64,000 bases of DNA from Calditrichaceae bacterium (GCA_050173015.1 JBFXLE010000012.1:40745-104744), one strand, 5' to 3'; counted from the stretch's first letter, positions 1-8,841 are shown. The notes: generated by a model from the letters alone, not told the origin. Numbers and translations are program-made.

Positions 1-250
1 GTTTATTTATCAACTGCCTGAAAAATACAGAGGAGCAATTTTGCTGGCTGATGTGGAAAACAAATCAATGCGCGACATTGCCAGAGAAATGGGAATTTCG
101 GTAACAGCCGCAAAATCAAGGGTACAAAGAGCCCGGAAAATGGCGCGTGAACTGTTCCTTGCCTGCTGTAAAATCACCTATGATTCCAAAGGAAAATTTA
201 TCGATTACATACCGCTTGGAAGTCAGGATGAAGAATGTAATAATTGCTGA
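1..250 (+). CDS. ECF RNA polymerase sigma factor, SigZ-like (5'-truncated by window edge)
   Basis: Region-4 HTH (SMRDIAREMGISVTAAKSRVQRAR) followed by the SigZ-type tail ACC...D..G..IDY and terminal CNNC. The frame is open back to the window start. Confidence 0.8.
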   Translation, partial: FIYQLPEKYRGAILLADVENKSMRDIAREMGISVTAAKSRVQRARKMARELFLACCKITYDSKGKFIDYIPLGSQDEECNNC

Positions 251-285
251 AAACAAAAAATGAAACTCAGGAAATATAAGGTATT

Positions 286-744
286 ATGAGTAGCTCATCG
301 GTGAATAGCGGTTTTAGTTTTGATATTCCTGAAAGTTTCGAGGAACAAGGATGTTATCGCGTGCTTTATGTTCATCAGGGAACTGCCGGGGCGCTGGAAA
401 TTCTGAGCAGGTGTTACAATAATCAGCCGGATTTGAGCGACATTTTAATACTTAGAGAGACAGATACTCCCGAAACAAATTCAAGATCCTGGCGAGATAT
501 AAAGACATCCTATGCGGATTATATTGTCATTTACACAAAAGAGCAAATTGGATTGTCTGAAATCCGCGAGATCAGACGCGGCCTGAATACAAATGGTTTG
601 GTTGTTTTTACAAAGACGCCACCTGAAATTGAAAACGTATCTAAGTTGTTTATTTCCAATGGTTTTAAGAGTGTGGGGCCGGCGCATGCCACTATTATAA
701 TATTTAAAATGACACAAATTGCCTGTTGCGGAAATATCAGATAA
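286..744 (+). CDS. Hypothetical protein, possibly a degenerate class I methyltransferase fold with C-terminal CC
   Basis: 152 aa directly after the sigma gene. Weak methyltransferase-like segments (RVLYV, ADYIV, EIRRGLNTNG, LFISNGF); ends IACCGNIR. Confidence 0.45.
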   Translation: MSSSSVNSGFSFDIPESFEEQGCYRVLYVHQGTAGALEILSRCYNNQPDLSDILILRETDTPETNSRSWRDIKTSYADYIVIYTKEQIGLSEIREIRRGLNTNGLVVFTKTPPEIENVSKLFISNGFKSVGPAHATIIIFKMTQIACCGNIR

Positions 745-886
745 TTATCAGGTCACCATAGGTAAATTAACTGAAAAACGATTGGTCAGGACCAGGACAC
801 AGAGACAATATGATATCTGCTTGATTTTTAGCTGTAAAGAATTTAAATTATGCCGCTAAAGTAAAACACTGAGAGTTATTAATTTA

Positions 887-912
887 TGTAACTTTTGGCG
901 AAACGGGACATC
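887..912 (+). promoter_or_regulatory. Candidate ECF-type promoter TGTAAC-N16-CATC
   Basis: Lies upstream of glutaredoxin-groES. The same motif and spacing occur at 56697-56722. Confidence 0.35.
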
Positions 913-994
913 AAAAAAAGCGCTGAATCAGAAAAATGTGATGTTGAAAAGGTAAGATTCGGGCGTTTAAATTTTAGATGGAGGTTTTAGCGAT

Positions 995-1240
995 ATGTCC
1001 ACTCAGCCAAAAGTTATTGTTTTTTCTACGCCGACATGTTCATTTTGCAACACGGCCAAAAGATATTTCAGGGAAAAAAATATAAAATTCAGAGATGTTG
1101 ACGTCTCAAAAGATGCCCGGGCCGCCGCGGATATGCAGCGCAGGACCGGACAGACCGGAGTACCGGTCATTTTAATTAATAACCGGCCAATAATTGGATT
1201 TGATAAACAAAAAATTAATCAAATGTTAGGTATAAAGTAA
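995..1240 (+). CDS. Glutaredoxin-like protein (NrdH/YruB type)
   Basis: CSFC active site, GVPVI cis-Pro motif and IIGFD; GGAGG RBS upstream. Confidence 0.9.
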   Translation: MSTQPKVIVFSTPTCSFCNTAKRYFREKNIKFRDVDVSKDARAAADMQRRTGQTGVPVILINNRPIIGFDKQKINQMLGIK

Positions 1241-1250
1241 GGAGATTAAC

Positions 1251-1520
1251 GTGAATATTAAGCCATTGGATGATCGTATTCTGATCGAACAGGTAGAAGA
1301 AGAAGTTCAAAAAGTAGGTTCAATTATCATACCTGACTCTGCCAAAGAAAAACCGCGTATGGGCAAAGTTGTCGCTGTAGGAACTGATGAAGATTTAAAG
1401 GAACTTGTAAAAGTAGGTGATACGGTTCTTTACTCAAAATATTCCGGTGATGAGATAAAAGTAGAAAACAGAGAGTACTTAATTGTACAACGCAGTGATG
1501 TGTTAGCTATCGTCGGATAA
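1251..1520 (+). CDS. groES: Co-chaperonin GroES
   Basis: [46 protein letters not shown] start with GGAG RBS. Confidence 0.95.
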   Translation: MNIKPLDDRILIEQVEEEVQKVGSIIIPDSAKEKPRMGKVVAVGTDEDLKELVKVGDTVLYSKYSGDEIKVENREYLIVQRSDVLAIVG

Positions 1521-1550
1521 AAAAATAGGGCTTTTATAGCCCTTTTTTTT
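1521..1550 (+). terminator. Rho-independent terminator after groES
   Basis: AGGGCT-tttat-AGCCCT stem followed by a T run. Confidence 0.8.
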
Positions 1551-1689
1551 ATTTCTTTTTTTACTTCCCGCTAATCCCTTTTCACTACTTTCAAGTACTT
1601 CAGTCAAACAGTTCATGTAATTGGTTTTATTAAAAAAATAGATTATATTTAATGTTAAAATAAATAAATACATAATTTAGAGATAATAA

Positions 1690-3441
1690 GTGGATTCAAA
1701 AAAATCAGAGAAGAATCTAATCCTTGATGGCATCGCTGTGTCGAACGGGATAGGTATCGGCGAAATAAATATTTATCATACTGATTTTGACGATATCTCT
1801 GAATACACGCTGGAAACAACTAAAATTGTTGACGAACTGGAACGTTATCTGGCAGCTGTGAATGAGGTTAACCTCATCTTTCTCAATAATAAACAACGTG
1901 TAGCAAGAGATTTAGGCACAAAGCACGCGGAAATCTATGACACTTATCATATGATTATCGAAGATCCGTTTTTTCAGGAAGAAATACCTGACACGATAAA
2001 GTCTGAAGCTAAAAATGCGGAAGCGATCATCCACAAAAAATTATCTCTGTATGAAAAGCACTTTGCGAACGTAAAAGATGAATATCTCCGTGAAAGAATA
2101 TTTGACATACGCGGAGTGAGCAGACGGCTGATTTTTCATTTGCTACAACATGGCGTCGCTGATGAACTTAACAATAACAAGTCAAACCTGATTTTTGCCA
2201 GAGAATTGACTCCCGCTGATTCGATTCATTTTCATCATCGATTACTTAAGGGCATTGTTACAGAGTTTGGCGGAAAAACAAGTCACGCAGCGATTCTTGC
2301 CAGATCAATAGAGGTGCCGGCGATAGTAGGAGTGTCCAGTCTCCTGAAACAGGTTAACTCTGGAGATACAGCCATTGTTGATGCCATAAACGGAAAATTA
2401 ATCATTAGACCCGATAAAGAGGTGCTTTCTGAATACCGTGATAAACACAGGAAATTTCTTGCCCGACGTAACAAGCTAAAAAAGTTTGTCAAACAACCCC
2501 TGACAATGCTAGGGGATAGAAAAATTCAGCTTCAGGCAAATATTAACGAACCTTCGGAAATAGATCTTGCCCATAAATATAACGCCGGAGGGGTCGGTTT
2601 ATTCAGAACGGAATTAAGCTTCATCGCGAAGGAATCTTTTTTAAGTGAAAACGAACAATTCAGAATATACAGGAATGTTCTTGAAAAATTCCCGGAACAG
2701 GAAGTTGTAATTCGCGTCCTTGATCTCGGAGGCGATAAATTTTTACCGTTCACTGAACTGCATAGAGAATTAAATCCGTTTCTTGGGTGGCGATCCATCC
2801 GAATTCTCTTAAGTGAAGTGGAAATTTTCAAAACACAGTTAAGAGCGATCATAAAAGCTTCCCATTACGGTCATGCAAAAATCATGATTCCTATGATTTC
2901 CAGCCTGGAAGAAATAATCGCCGCAAAGAAAATTATCAATGGCGTTAAAGATGATCTACGCAGGGAAAATGTTCCTTTTAACGAAAACATCCCTGTGGGA
3001 ATCATGGTTGAAATTCCGTCGGCCGCGCTTTTAATTGATTCGCTAATCAATGAAATTGACTTTGTCAGCATCGGCACGAATGACCTGATTCAATACACAT
3101 TGGCGGTTGACCGCAACAATGAAAAAGTGGCGGAATTCTATCAGCCCTTAAATCCGGCTATTCTACATCTTATCCATACCGTGGCTAAAACAGGCGCGCG
3201 ATCTGACAAACCTGTTTCTGTCTGCGGGGAAATGGCGGGGGACCCGCTCTATACTCAATTGTTGCTGAGTCTGGGGGTTAACACTTTAAGCATGCAGCCT
3301 TCATCCATTCCAATGATAAAAAATATTCTGCTCCATACTCAGCCGGAAGTGCTTGCTGAAATTGCTGAACGGGCGTTTACATTTAGCGAAGTAAAAAATC
3401 TACGTGAATATTTATACTCACATATAGAGAGTTTGCTTTGA
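1690..3441 (+). CDS. ptsI: Phosphoenolpyruvate-protein phosphotransferase (PTS enzyme I)
   Basis: GGKTSHAAI phospho-His, GVGLFRTE, DLGGDK, NPFLGWRSIR, SIGTNDLIQY, CGEMAGDP. Confidence 0.95.
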   Translation: MDSKKSEKNLILDGIAVSNGIGIGEINIYHTDFDDISEYTLETTKIVDELERYLAAVNEVNLIFLNNKQRVARDLGTKHAEIYDTYHMIIEDPFFQEEIPDTIKSEAKNAEAIIHKKLSLYEKHFANVKDEYLRERIFDIRGVSRRLIFHLLQHGVADELNNNKSNLIFARELTPADSIHFHHRLLKGIVTEFGGKTSHAAILARSIEVPAIVGVSSLLKQVNSGDTAIVDAINGKLIIRPDKEVLSEYRDKHRKFLARRNKLKKFVKQPLTMLGDRKIQLQANINEPSEIDLAHKYNAGGVGLFRTELSFIAKESFLSENEQFRIYRNVLEKFPEQEVVIRVLDLGGDKFLPFTELHRELNPFLGWRSIRILLSEVEIFKTQLRAIIKASHYGHAKIMIPMISSLEEIIAAKKIINGVKDDLRRENVPFNENIPVGIMVEIPSAALLIDSLINEIDFVSIGTNDLIQYTLAVDRNNEKVAEFYQPLNPAILHLIHTVAKTGARSDKPVSVCGEMAGDPLYTQLLLSLGVNTLSMQPSSIPMIKNILLHTQPEVLAEIAERAFTFSEVKNLREYLYSHIESLL

Positions 3442-3470
3442 TGGGAATATTTTAAGAAAAGAGAGGAACT

Positions 3471-3824
3471 ATGTTACGAAACGCGGTTATCCGCTGGCTT
3501 ATTAATTCAGCGGCATTGTGGGTGGTTGATGTTATGTTTGACGGGATTTGGTTTGACAGCACGGGAGCACTGCTTATCGCGGCGCTGATTTTGGGACTTT
3601 TAAATACCTTGCTCAAGCCAGTACTGATTTTATTCACCCTGCCGATAAATTTTATGACACTGGGACTTTTCACCATTGTTATTAACGCTATTATTTTGGA
3701 ATTAACCAATTTTTGGCTTGATAGTTTTCATATTTCAGGTTTCGGAGTGGCTTTATTAGCGGCGATTCTCATCAGTATTGTCAGCATTCTTCTGCAAAAC
3801 CTGCTCAAGGACGATCGCTCCTAA
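3471..3824 (+). CDS. YvlD-like 4-TM membrane protein (phage holin family 4)
   Basis: LNTLLKPVL.LFTLP.NFMTLGLFT.VINA signature. Confidence 0.85.
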   Translation: MLRNAVIRWLINSAALWVVDVMFDGIWFDSTGALLIAALILGLLNTLLKPVLILFTLPINFMTLGLFTIVINAIILELTNFWLDSFHISGFGVALLAAILISIVSILLQNLLKDDRS

Positions 3825-3841
3825 TAACATCACAGAACGGT

Positions 3842-5068
3842 CTATCTCGTCAGAGCCGGATTGTGAAGGATATAGCCGTTTGAATCCATCCGGTATTTTC
3901 TCTTCAGTTCCAGCGTATCGGCCGGAAGAAGCGCCATAAATCCGAATCTCTCCCTGATATCGTCAATTGCTGTATTAAGAGCCTCCATGCGCGTTTTTTC
4001 ATCAAACAGATAAGACTGAAATCCACAAGGCTCGACTTGTCCCGCGGTGACTCCCACATGGCGTATGCGTATCCTGCGAAAGCGGATTTCTTCAAAAATA
4101 CGGCTGACGGCGATGAACAGATCCTTTCCGTCATCTGATGGATGAGTCAGGCTCAGGCTCCGGGCATGGCGGGTGAAATCGGAATAGCCGATTTTTACCG
4201 TCAACATTCGGCAAACCAGATCCTGTTCCCGTAATTTTTTCGCGATCCGTTCCGTAAGATATTGAAGAGTTCCCTTTACAATTGACATATCAGATGTGTC
4301 TTCTTCAAAACTTGTTTCCCTGCTCAATTGTCGCGGAATTATACGAATTTTTACTTCCCGGTCATCGATGCCGTTCGCGAGCTCCCACATTTTGATGCCG
4401 TTTTTTCCGAATAGTTGCTCAAGGATTAGTTTTGACAGGCGCGCCAAGCTTCCAACGGTAAAAATGTGTAAATCGGTCAGTTTCTCTTTGGTCATCCTGC
4501 CGATGCCGGGTAAAACATCAACAGGCAGACCGTTTAAAAATTCATTCTCCTTATCAAAAGGAATTTGCGCGATCCCCCGTGGTTTATTCAGGCCGGATGC
4601 AATACGCGCAATGGTTTTCGTGCTGCCGATACCTACGGACAGGCCCACTCCCACTTTTTGCCAGACTTCTTCGGTAATATTTTTGGCTATTTGTATCGGC
4701 GCCGGATGCAGATGCAATGTCCCCGTTAAGTCAAGATACGCGTCATCCAGAGATGTAAATTCAACTAAGGGTGTGTATTTTAGATAGACATTATGAAAAA
4801 CTTCAGAAACAGCGCGGTAGTGGTCATAATTGCCTTTCAGAAATACGGCATTCGGGCAGATGCCTTTTGCTCGCGTAAGTGGCATACCGGTGCGGATACC
4901 GTGGGCGCGGGCTTCGTAGCTGGCAGTATGCACGACGCCGCGTTGATCTGCCCTTCCGCCGACAATAACGGGTCTGTCGCGTAAAAGTGGATTAAATCCC
5001 TGTTCGACCGACGCGAAAAAGGCGTCCGCGTCAATATGCATTATGGTGCGATGCTGTCTTTTTATCAT
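3842..5068 (-). CDS. dinB: Y-family DNA polymerase IV
   Basis: HIDADAFFASVE, ASYEAR, SLDDAYLD, KPRG, LPGIG, and a clamp-binding-like QSYLF near the C-terminus. Confidence 0.92.
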   Translation of the reverse strand: MIKRQHRTIMHIDADAFFASVEQGFNPLLRDRPVIVGGRADQRGVVHTASYEARAHGIRTGMPLTRAKGICPNAVFLKGNYDHYRAVSEVFHNVYLKYTPLVEFTSLDDAYLDLTGTLHLHPAPIQIAKNITEEVWQKVGVGLSVGIGSTKTIARIASGLNKPRGIAQIPFDKENEFLNGLPVDVLPGIGRMTKEKLTDLHIFTVGSLARLSKLILEQLFGKNGIKMWELANGIDDREVKIRIIPRQLSRETSFEEDTSDMSIVKGTLQYLTERIAKKLREQDLVCRMLTVKIGYSDFTRHARSLSLTHPSDDGKDLFIAVSRIFEEIRFRRIRIRHVGVTAGQVEPCGFQSYLFDEKTRMEALNTAIDDIRERFGFMALLPADTLELKRKYRMDSNGYILHNPALTR

Positions 5069-5105
5069 AATTAAAAAGTACGAAAATTTTTAACCGGCAT
5101 TAAAT

Positions 5106-5360
5106 TCACCCCTGTAAACAGACGCGGGCAATTTGCCATTCAAGGCTGGAATCTTCAAAAAGTAATTCAAAATAGTCGGAACTGTCGGCGATAATGGAAA
5201 AATGGTATTGTTTGTTGTGCCCCTGGTGACTGACCCAATGACCATTGAGTTGATTGATTTTGTAAACCCGGCCATTCCATTTGAAGCGCAGCGGTTTCAT
5301 CTGTCCTTCCTTAAAATAGCCTATTACCTCAATGGGCTCGAAAATATCCTCAAAAATCAT
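5106..5360 (-). CDS. Small beta-rich protein, DUF6504-like
   Basis: 84 aa with the pattern P..F.WNGR.Y.I....GHW...YF...FEL....W; upstream of dinB in the same orientation. Confidence 0.65.
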   Translation of the reverse strand: MIFEDIFEPIEVIGYFKEGQMKPLRFKWNGRVYKINQLNGHWVSHQGHNKQYHFSIIADSSDYFELLFEDSSLEWQIARVCLQG

Positions 5361-5394
5361 CTTAATCCCGCGACTAAATTTTATTTCATTAAAA

Positions 5395-5408
5395 TGTACA
5401 AACGTACA
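5395..5408. promoter_or_regulatory. Candidate LexA box TGTAC-AAAC-GTACA
   Basis: Perfect palindromic half-sites, just downstream of a minus-strand TTGCAT(5441-5436)-N17-TATATT(5418-5413) promoter for DUF6504-dinB. Confidence 0.75.
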
Positions 5409-5562
5409 CCAGAATATATAAAGTCATCTTTAAAAATGCAATCAAAAAACGAAAAAAAGAGATCCAGGGATGTAAAAAAACTCAGCTTGTATAAACTGAT
5501 GAGGATGATGATAAAGAATTTAGATAGCTGTCAGGACGAAAAAATGTAACGAATAGAAACTT

Positions 5563-6015
5563 TCAAAGTTCTCTGATGACAGTGACAACTTTGCCGATAA
5601 GTTCAAAGTCAGGAGTGCGCGGATCGACAATGAGAGGAGATACGGAGGCATCGGCTGTTTCAAGCCGGATGAGATGCTTGTCATAATATATTTTCCGGAC
5701 GTAAATGCGGTGTCCCAGCTTGATGACGCCGATATCGCCATTGTGAAGCTGAGGAGTCAGGTTGACCGTAAGAAAATCACCGGAAAGAATGCCCGCATTG
5801 GAAAGTCCGTTGTCAATGGCTTTAAGCGTGATGGATCTTGTATCGTTTTCCTTAAAATTACTGATGATCTCACCAATATTATAATTCCCGTTGGTATGAA
5901 AGTTATTCTCCATGCGAACTTCGCCAAGAAGCGGGATATTATAAAATTCAGAGTTAAGACCGGAATCTTCGGCCCGATATACACCTTTCAAGATAAATAA
6001 ATCCCTTTTGTTCAT
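5563..6015 (-). CDS. LexA/UmuD S24 peptidase-domain paralogue, no HTH, catalytic residues lost
   Basis: IPLLGEV, NAGILSGD, GDIGV, YVRKI and IGKVVTVIR align with the C-domain of the neighbouring LexA. Confidence 0.75.
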   Translation of the reverse strand: MNKRDLFILKGVYRAEDSGLNSEFYNIPLLGEVRMENNFHTNGNYNIGEIISNFKENDTRSITLKAIDNGLSNAGILSGDFLTVNLTPQLHNGDIGVIKLGHRIYVRKIYYDKHLIRLETADASVSPLIVDPRTPDFELIGKVVTVIREL

Positions 6016-6066
6016 GATAACTAAGAGTAAATTTAATATCAGATAAAATTAAAATACAAACTCCTG

Positions 6067-6684
6067 TTAATGTACCATCTCCCGGATGAGACCGATGACC
6101 CGACCTTGAATTGACCAGTCGCTCTGCGGGTATATATCACTGTATCCGGGATTTTCAGCCTTCAGAAATGGCTTCCCCGTATCGGTGATCAGCCTTTTTA
6201 CCGTGACTTCATCTTCAATAAGGGCCACTACGATATCTTTGTTGGCGGCTGTATTGCATGACTGCACCACAACCAGATCATCTTCCAAAATTCCGGCGTT
6301 TATCATACTGTCGCCGCGCACTTTTAAGGCAAAATACCGGCCTTCCAGTTTGATCATCGCTCTTGGGATGGGTATATAACGCTCGACATTTTCCTGGGCA
6401 AGAATCGGGAAACCCGCCGCAACACGGCCAATCAGTGGCACATCCACATCGGTACCGGAATTCGGAGCATATTCCGGATCAATAATTTTCAAAGTGCGCG
6501 CGGATGAATCCTTTTCCAGGTAACCCTTAGCGATGAGCGCGTCAATATGCTTCAAGATGGCGTATTTTGATTTGATCTTAAGGGTATCCGCCAGCTCCTG
6601 ATAAGTGGGCGCGTATCCTTTTTCTTCAATATGGCGGGCAATTAACCGCAGAATTTCTTTCTGCCTGTCAGTAAGTCCTTTCAT
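6067..6684 (-). CDS. lexA: SOS repressor LexA
   Basis: LTDRQKEIL, GYAPTYQEL, GRVAAGFP cleavage site, GDSM catalytic Ser, TVKR catalytic Lys. Start placed at ATG 6684, preceded by AAGGGGG. Confidence 0.95.
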   Translation of the reverse strand: MKGLTDRQKEILRLIARHIEEKGYAPTYQELADTLKIKSKYAILKHIDALIAKGYLEKDSSARTLKIIDPEYAPNSGTDVDVPLIGRVAAGFPILAQENVERYIPIPRAMIKLEGRYFALKVRGDSMINAGILEDDLVVVQSCNTAANKDIVVALIEDEVTVKRLITDTGKPFLKAENPGYSDIYPQSDWSIQGRVIGLIREMVH

Positions 6685-6702
6685 GGAAACCCCCTTGTTA
6701 AA

Positions 6703-6716
6703 TGTACTAAAGTACA
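6703..6716. promoter_or_regulatory. Candidate LexA box TGTAC-TAAA-GTACA
   Basis: Palindrome just upstream of the lexA start and downstream of minus-strand TTGATT-N17-TATTTT; flanks shared with the 5395 copy. Confidence 0.75.
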
Positions 6717-6788
6717 CCAAAAATAAATATTAACAGAGGGGAAATCAAGAAAAAAATTTAATTAAATCAATTTAGTTAAAAAGAGGAC

Positions 6789-7499
6789 TCATCCGGATAC
6801 TAATTTGATAAAATATGATTCAAAAGATTGATTTTGTTCAATTTCGGAAATCTCTTGGGCGTTAAAAATTTTCGCCACCCGGCCATTATTCAAAATAATA
6901 ACAGGATCGCACCATTGCTGAATAAGAGACAGGATATGTGATGATATTATGACGATTTTATTCAAGGCGGCTTGCTCCATAAGGTAATTTTTTAATTTAT
7001 ACAGAGAAACCGGGTCCAGTCCGTTCAGCGCTTCGTCAAGGATTAAAAAATCCGGTTTACCGATTAGCGCGGCGGCAATAGACAGTTTTTGCTTCATTCC
7101 GTGTGAATAATTTATGACAAGCTCATCCGCTTTGTCGTTGATGCCGTGTAGATTAAGTAAAAAATCTATCTCTTTTTGAGTATCAGTTGATTTTCTTATT
7201 TTCGCGATTAATTCCAAAAATTCACGGCCGGTAAGATACGGAAGCAATTCGGCATCTTCGGGAGCATAACCACAGTTTTGTTTAATCCGGAAGCGATTCT
7301 TGTTTAACTCCTTTCCGCGAAATTCGATCGTGCCGGAATACCCGCTGATCAACCCGACCGCGGCTTTCAGAAGTGAACTTTTTCCCGCCCCGTTCCGGCC
7401 GATGAGTCCTGTCAATTTTCCTGGCGGAAAATCCAGACTAAGATCTTTTACGGCCTCCCGTGTTTCATAGGTGATGGTTACATTCTTAATCGATAACAT
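6789..7499 (-). CDS. ABC transporter ATP-binding protein
   Basis: GRNGAGKS Walker A, YSHGMKQK signature, ILDE Walker B, SSH. Start reassigned to ATG 7499. Confidence 0.92.
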   Translation of the reverse strand: MLSIKNVTITYETREAVKDLSLDFPPGKLTGLIGRNGAGKSSLLKAAVGLISGYSGTIEFRGKELNKNRFRIKQNCGYAPEDAELLPYLTGREFLELIAKIRKSTDTQKEIDFLLNLHGINDKADELVINYSHGMKQKLSIAAALIGKPDFLILDEALNGLDPVSLYKLKNYLMEQAALNKIVIISSHILSLIQQWCDPVIILNNGRVAKIFNAQEISEIEQNQSFESYFIKLVSG

Positions 7500-7506
7500 T
7501 ATTGCC

Positions 7507-8841
7507 TCACGAGTTAAAAAAGCGCCGGCTTTTATAAAAATAGAAAAACAAAAGCCCCATGCCGATAACCGGTCCAATAAACCGGTCATTAAGGGATAAA
7601 ATTACAATAAAAATGACGGTAAAATGATATGCAAAACCCGCCAGCCTTGGTTCATTATAAAACATGATCTGAAAATTAAGCATGGCTGATAAAATCATCG
7701 CTGAAAAAATCAACACTACGCCTATCAGATTCAGCTGACCGGGTAAAGGCGTGTTAACTATGATTAAAAATGCCCAATAGGTGAATAGGATGAGTATGAT
7801 GAAAATAAATTCTACCATAAATTTAGCCAGCCAGATTTGATAAAATCTAAAAGGGAGTGTACTGAAATACCAATCAGGGTCAGGAAGAACATATTTATCA
7901 TTGAAACTGTTGCTGTAATGCAGCCAGATAACGGTTAACACCCATATGGTCAACCACATATCGGCGTTTTCCATTTCTAAATTGTACATAATAATCAGGA
8001 CAGCGGTGTAGCTGATATAGGTAAAAAATTTAAGTCGGCGGTATTTAGGGTTTCGCCAGAGGCTGAGTAGTTCTTTGTTAAAAAGCGCCTGAATCAGATC
8101 GGGGAATATTTTTGGAATATTCATAAAAGTGAACGTACCGGCTTCTTTTCTCCGGAAGGAAAGCGCCGTCACAGGGAAAATTAATTCAAGATCCACAGAT
8201 TTATTTGCGGAGTGGATCCTTAATATGGCTATCGTGAGTAAAAGCAGGAATATAATATCTACGACAAAAGCATAAAAGCTAAAATAATATGCCACTATAT
8301 AAACAGCTGTGTAACCCGTCGTAACGAAAGTTGTGATGGTCAGGTATATTTTTTGCGCTTTTAACCTGAAAAGCAATTCGAGATGAAAAATATAAAATAG
8401 TGCGTAAAATATTACAAAAAGCGCGGCAGCATAGGATGAAAGAAGGAAGCCGGATGAAAAAATCAGCGATGTTACCACCGGTAAGAAAAGAATCACAAAA
8501 ATTATCTGATATTTTTGTGAAAAATAGAGAATGACTGCTGAAATTTCATTTGCAGAAAGCGGTTTCCCGTAAAACGGCTTCAGGCCCTTTTGTCGGGGTA
8601 CCAGATACATCATTATAAATGGACCGCTTATAATGGCCAAAATAATAAACAAATGGGTCAAAAGATCAGTCAACGCAAAGGGTGATATTTCCGATTCTGC
8701 GATCAGGGAACCGAAATATTGACGGAGCCGATCGGATAAATAAATATACACAAGGCCTGAAAGTAAGATCATCTCAATCTTTTGGCGCCGTCCAAGAGTA
8801 CGCCAGATATGGATGGGTTGTTTTAATAAAAAACGAAGCAT
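7507..8841 (-). CDS. Putative ABC exporter permease (multi-pass membrane protein)
   Basis: About 10 hydrophobic segments and a KELLSLWRN motif typical of ABC-2/EcsB-like permeases; adjacent to the ATPase. Confidence 0.7.
   Translation of the reverse strand: MLRFLLKQPIHIWRTLGRRQKIEMILLSGLVYIYLSDRLRQYFGSLIAESEISPFALTDLLTHLFIILAIISGPFIMMYLVPRQKGLKPFYGKPLSANEISAVILYFSQKYQIIFVILFLPVVTSLIFSSGFLLSSYAAALFVIFYALFYIFHLELLFRLKAQKIYLTITTFVTTGYTAVYIVAYYFSFYAFVVDIIFLLLLTIAILRIHSANKSVDLELIFPVTALSFRRKEAGTFTFMNIPKIFPDLIQALFNKELLSLWRNPKYRRLKFFTYISYTAVLIIMYNLEMENADMWLTIWVLTVIWLHYSNSFNDKYVLPDPDWYFSTLPFRFYQIWLAKFMVEFIFIILILFTYWAFLIIVNTPLPGQLNLIGVVLIFSAMILSAMLNFQIMFYNEPRLAGFAYHFTVIFIVILSLNDRFIGPVIGMGLLFFYFYKSRRFFNS

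Noticed and set aside
3471-3824. Holin as evidence of a prophage
   Set aside because: YvlD-type proteins are common chromosomal genes, and no phage genes lie nearby.
5202-5549. 115-aa plus-strand ORF across the DUF6504 promoter
   Set aside because: It is antisense to the DUF6504-like gene, spans the operator and has low-complexity Lys-rich content.
6685-6720. N-terminal extension of LexA from the ORF track
   Set aside because: It overlaps the candidate operator and RBS; ATG 6684 gives the canonical LexA start.
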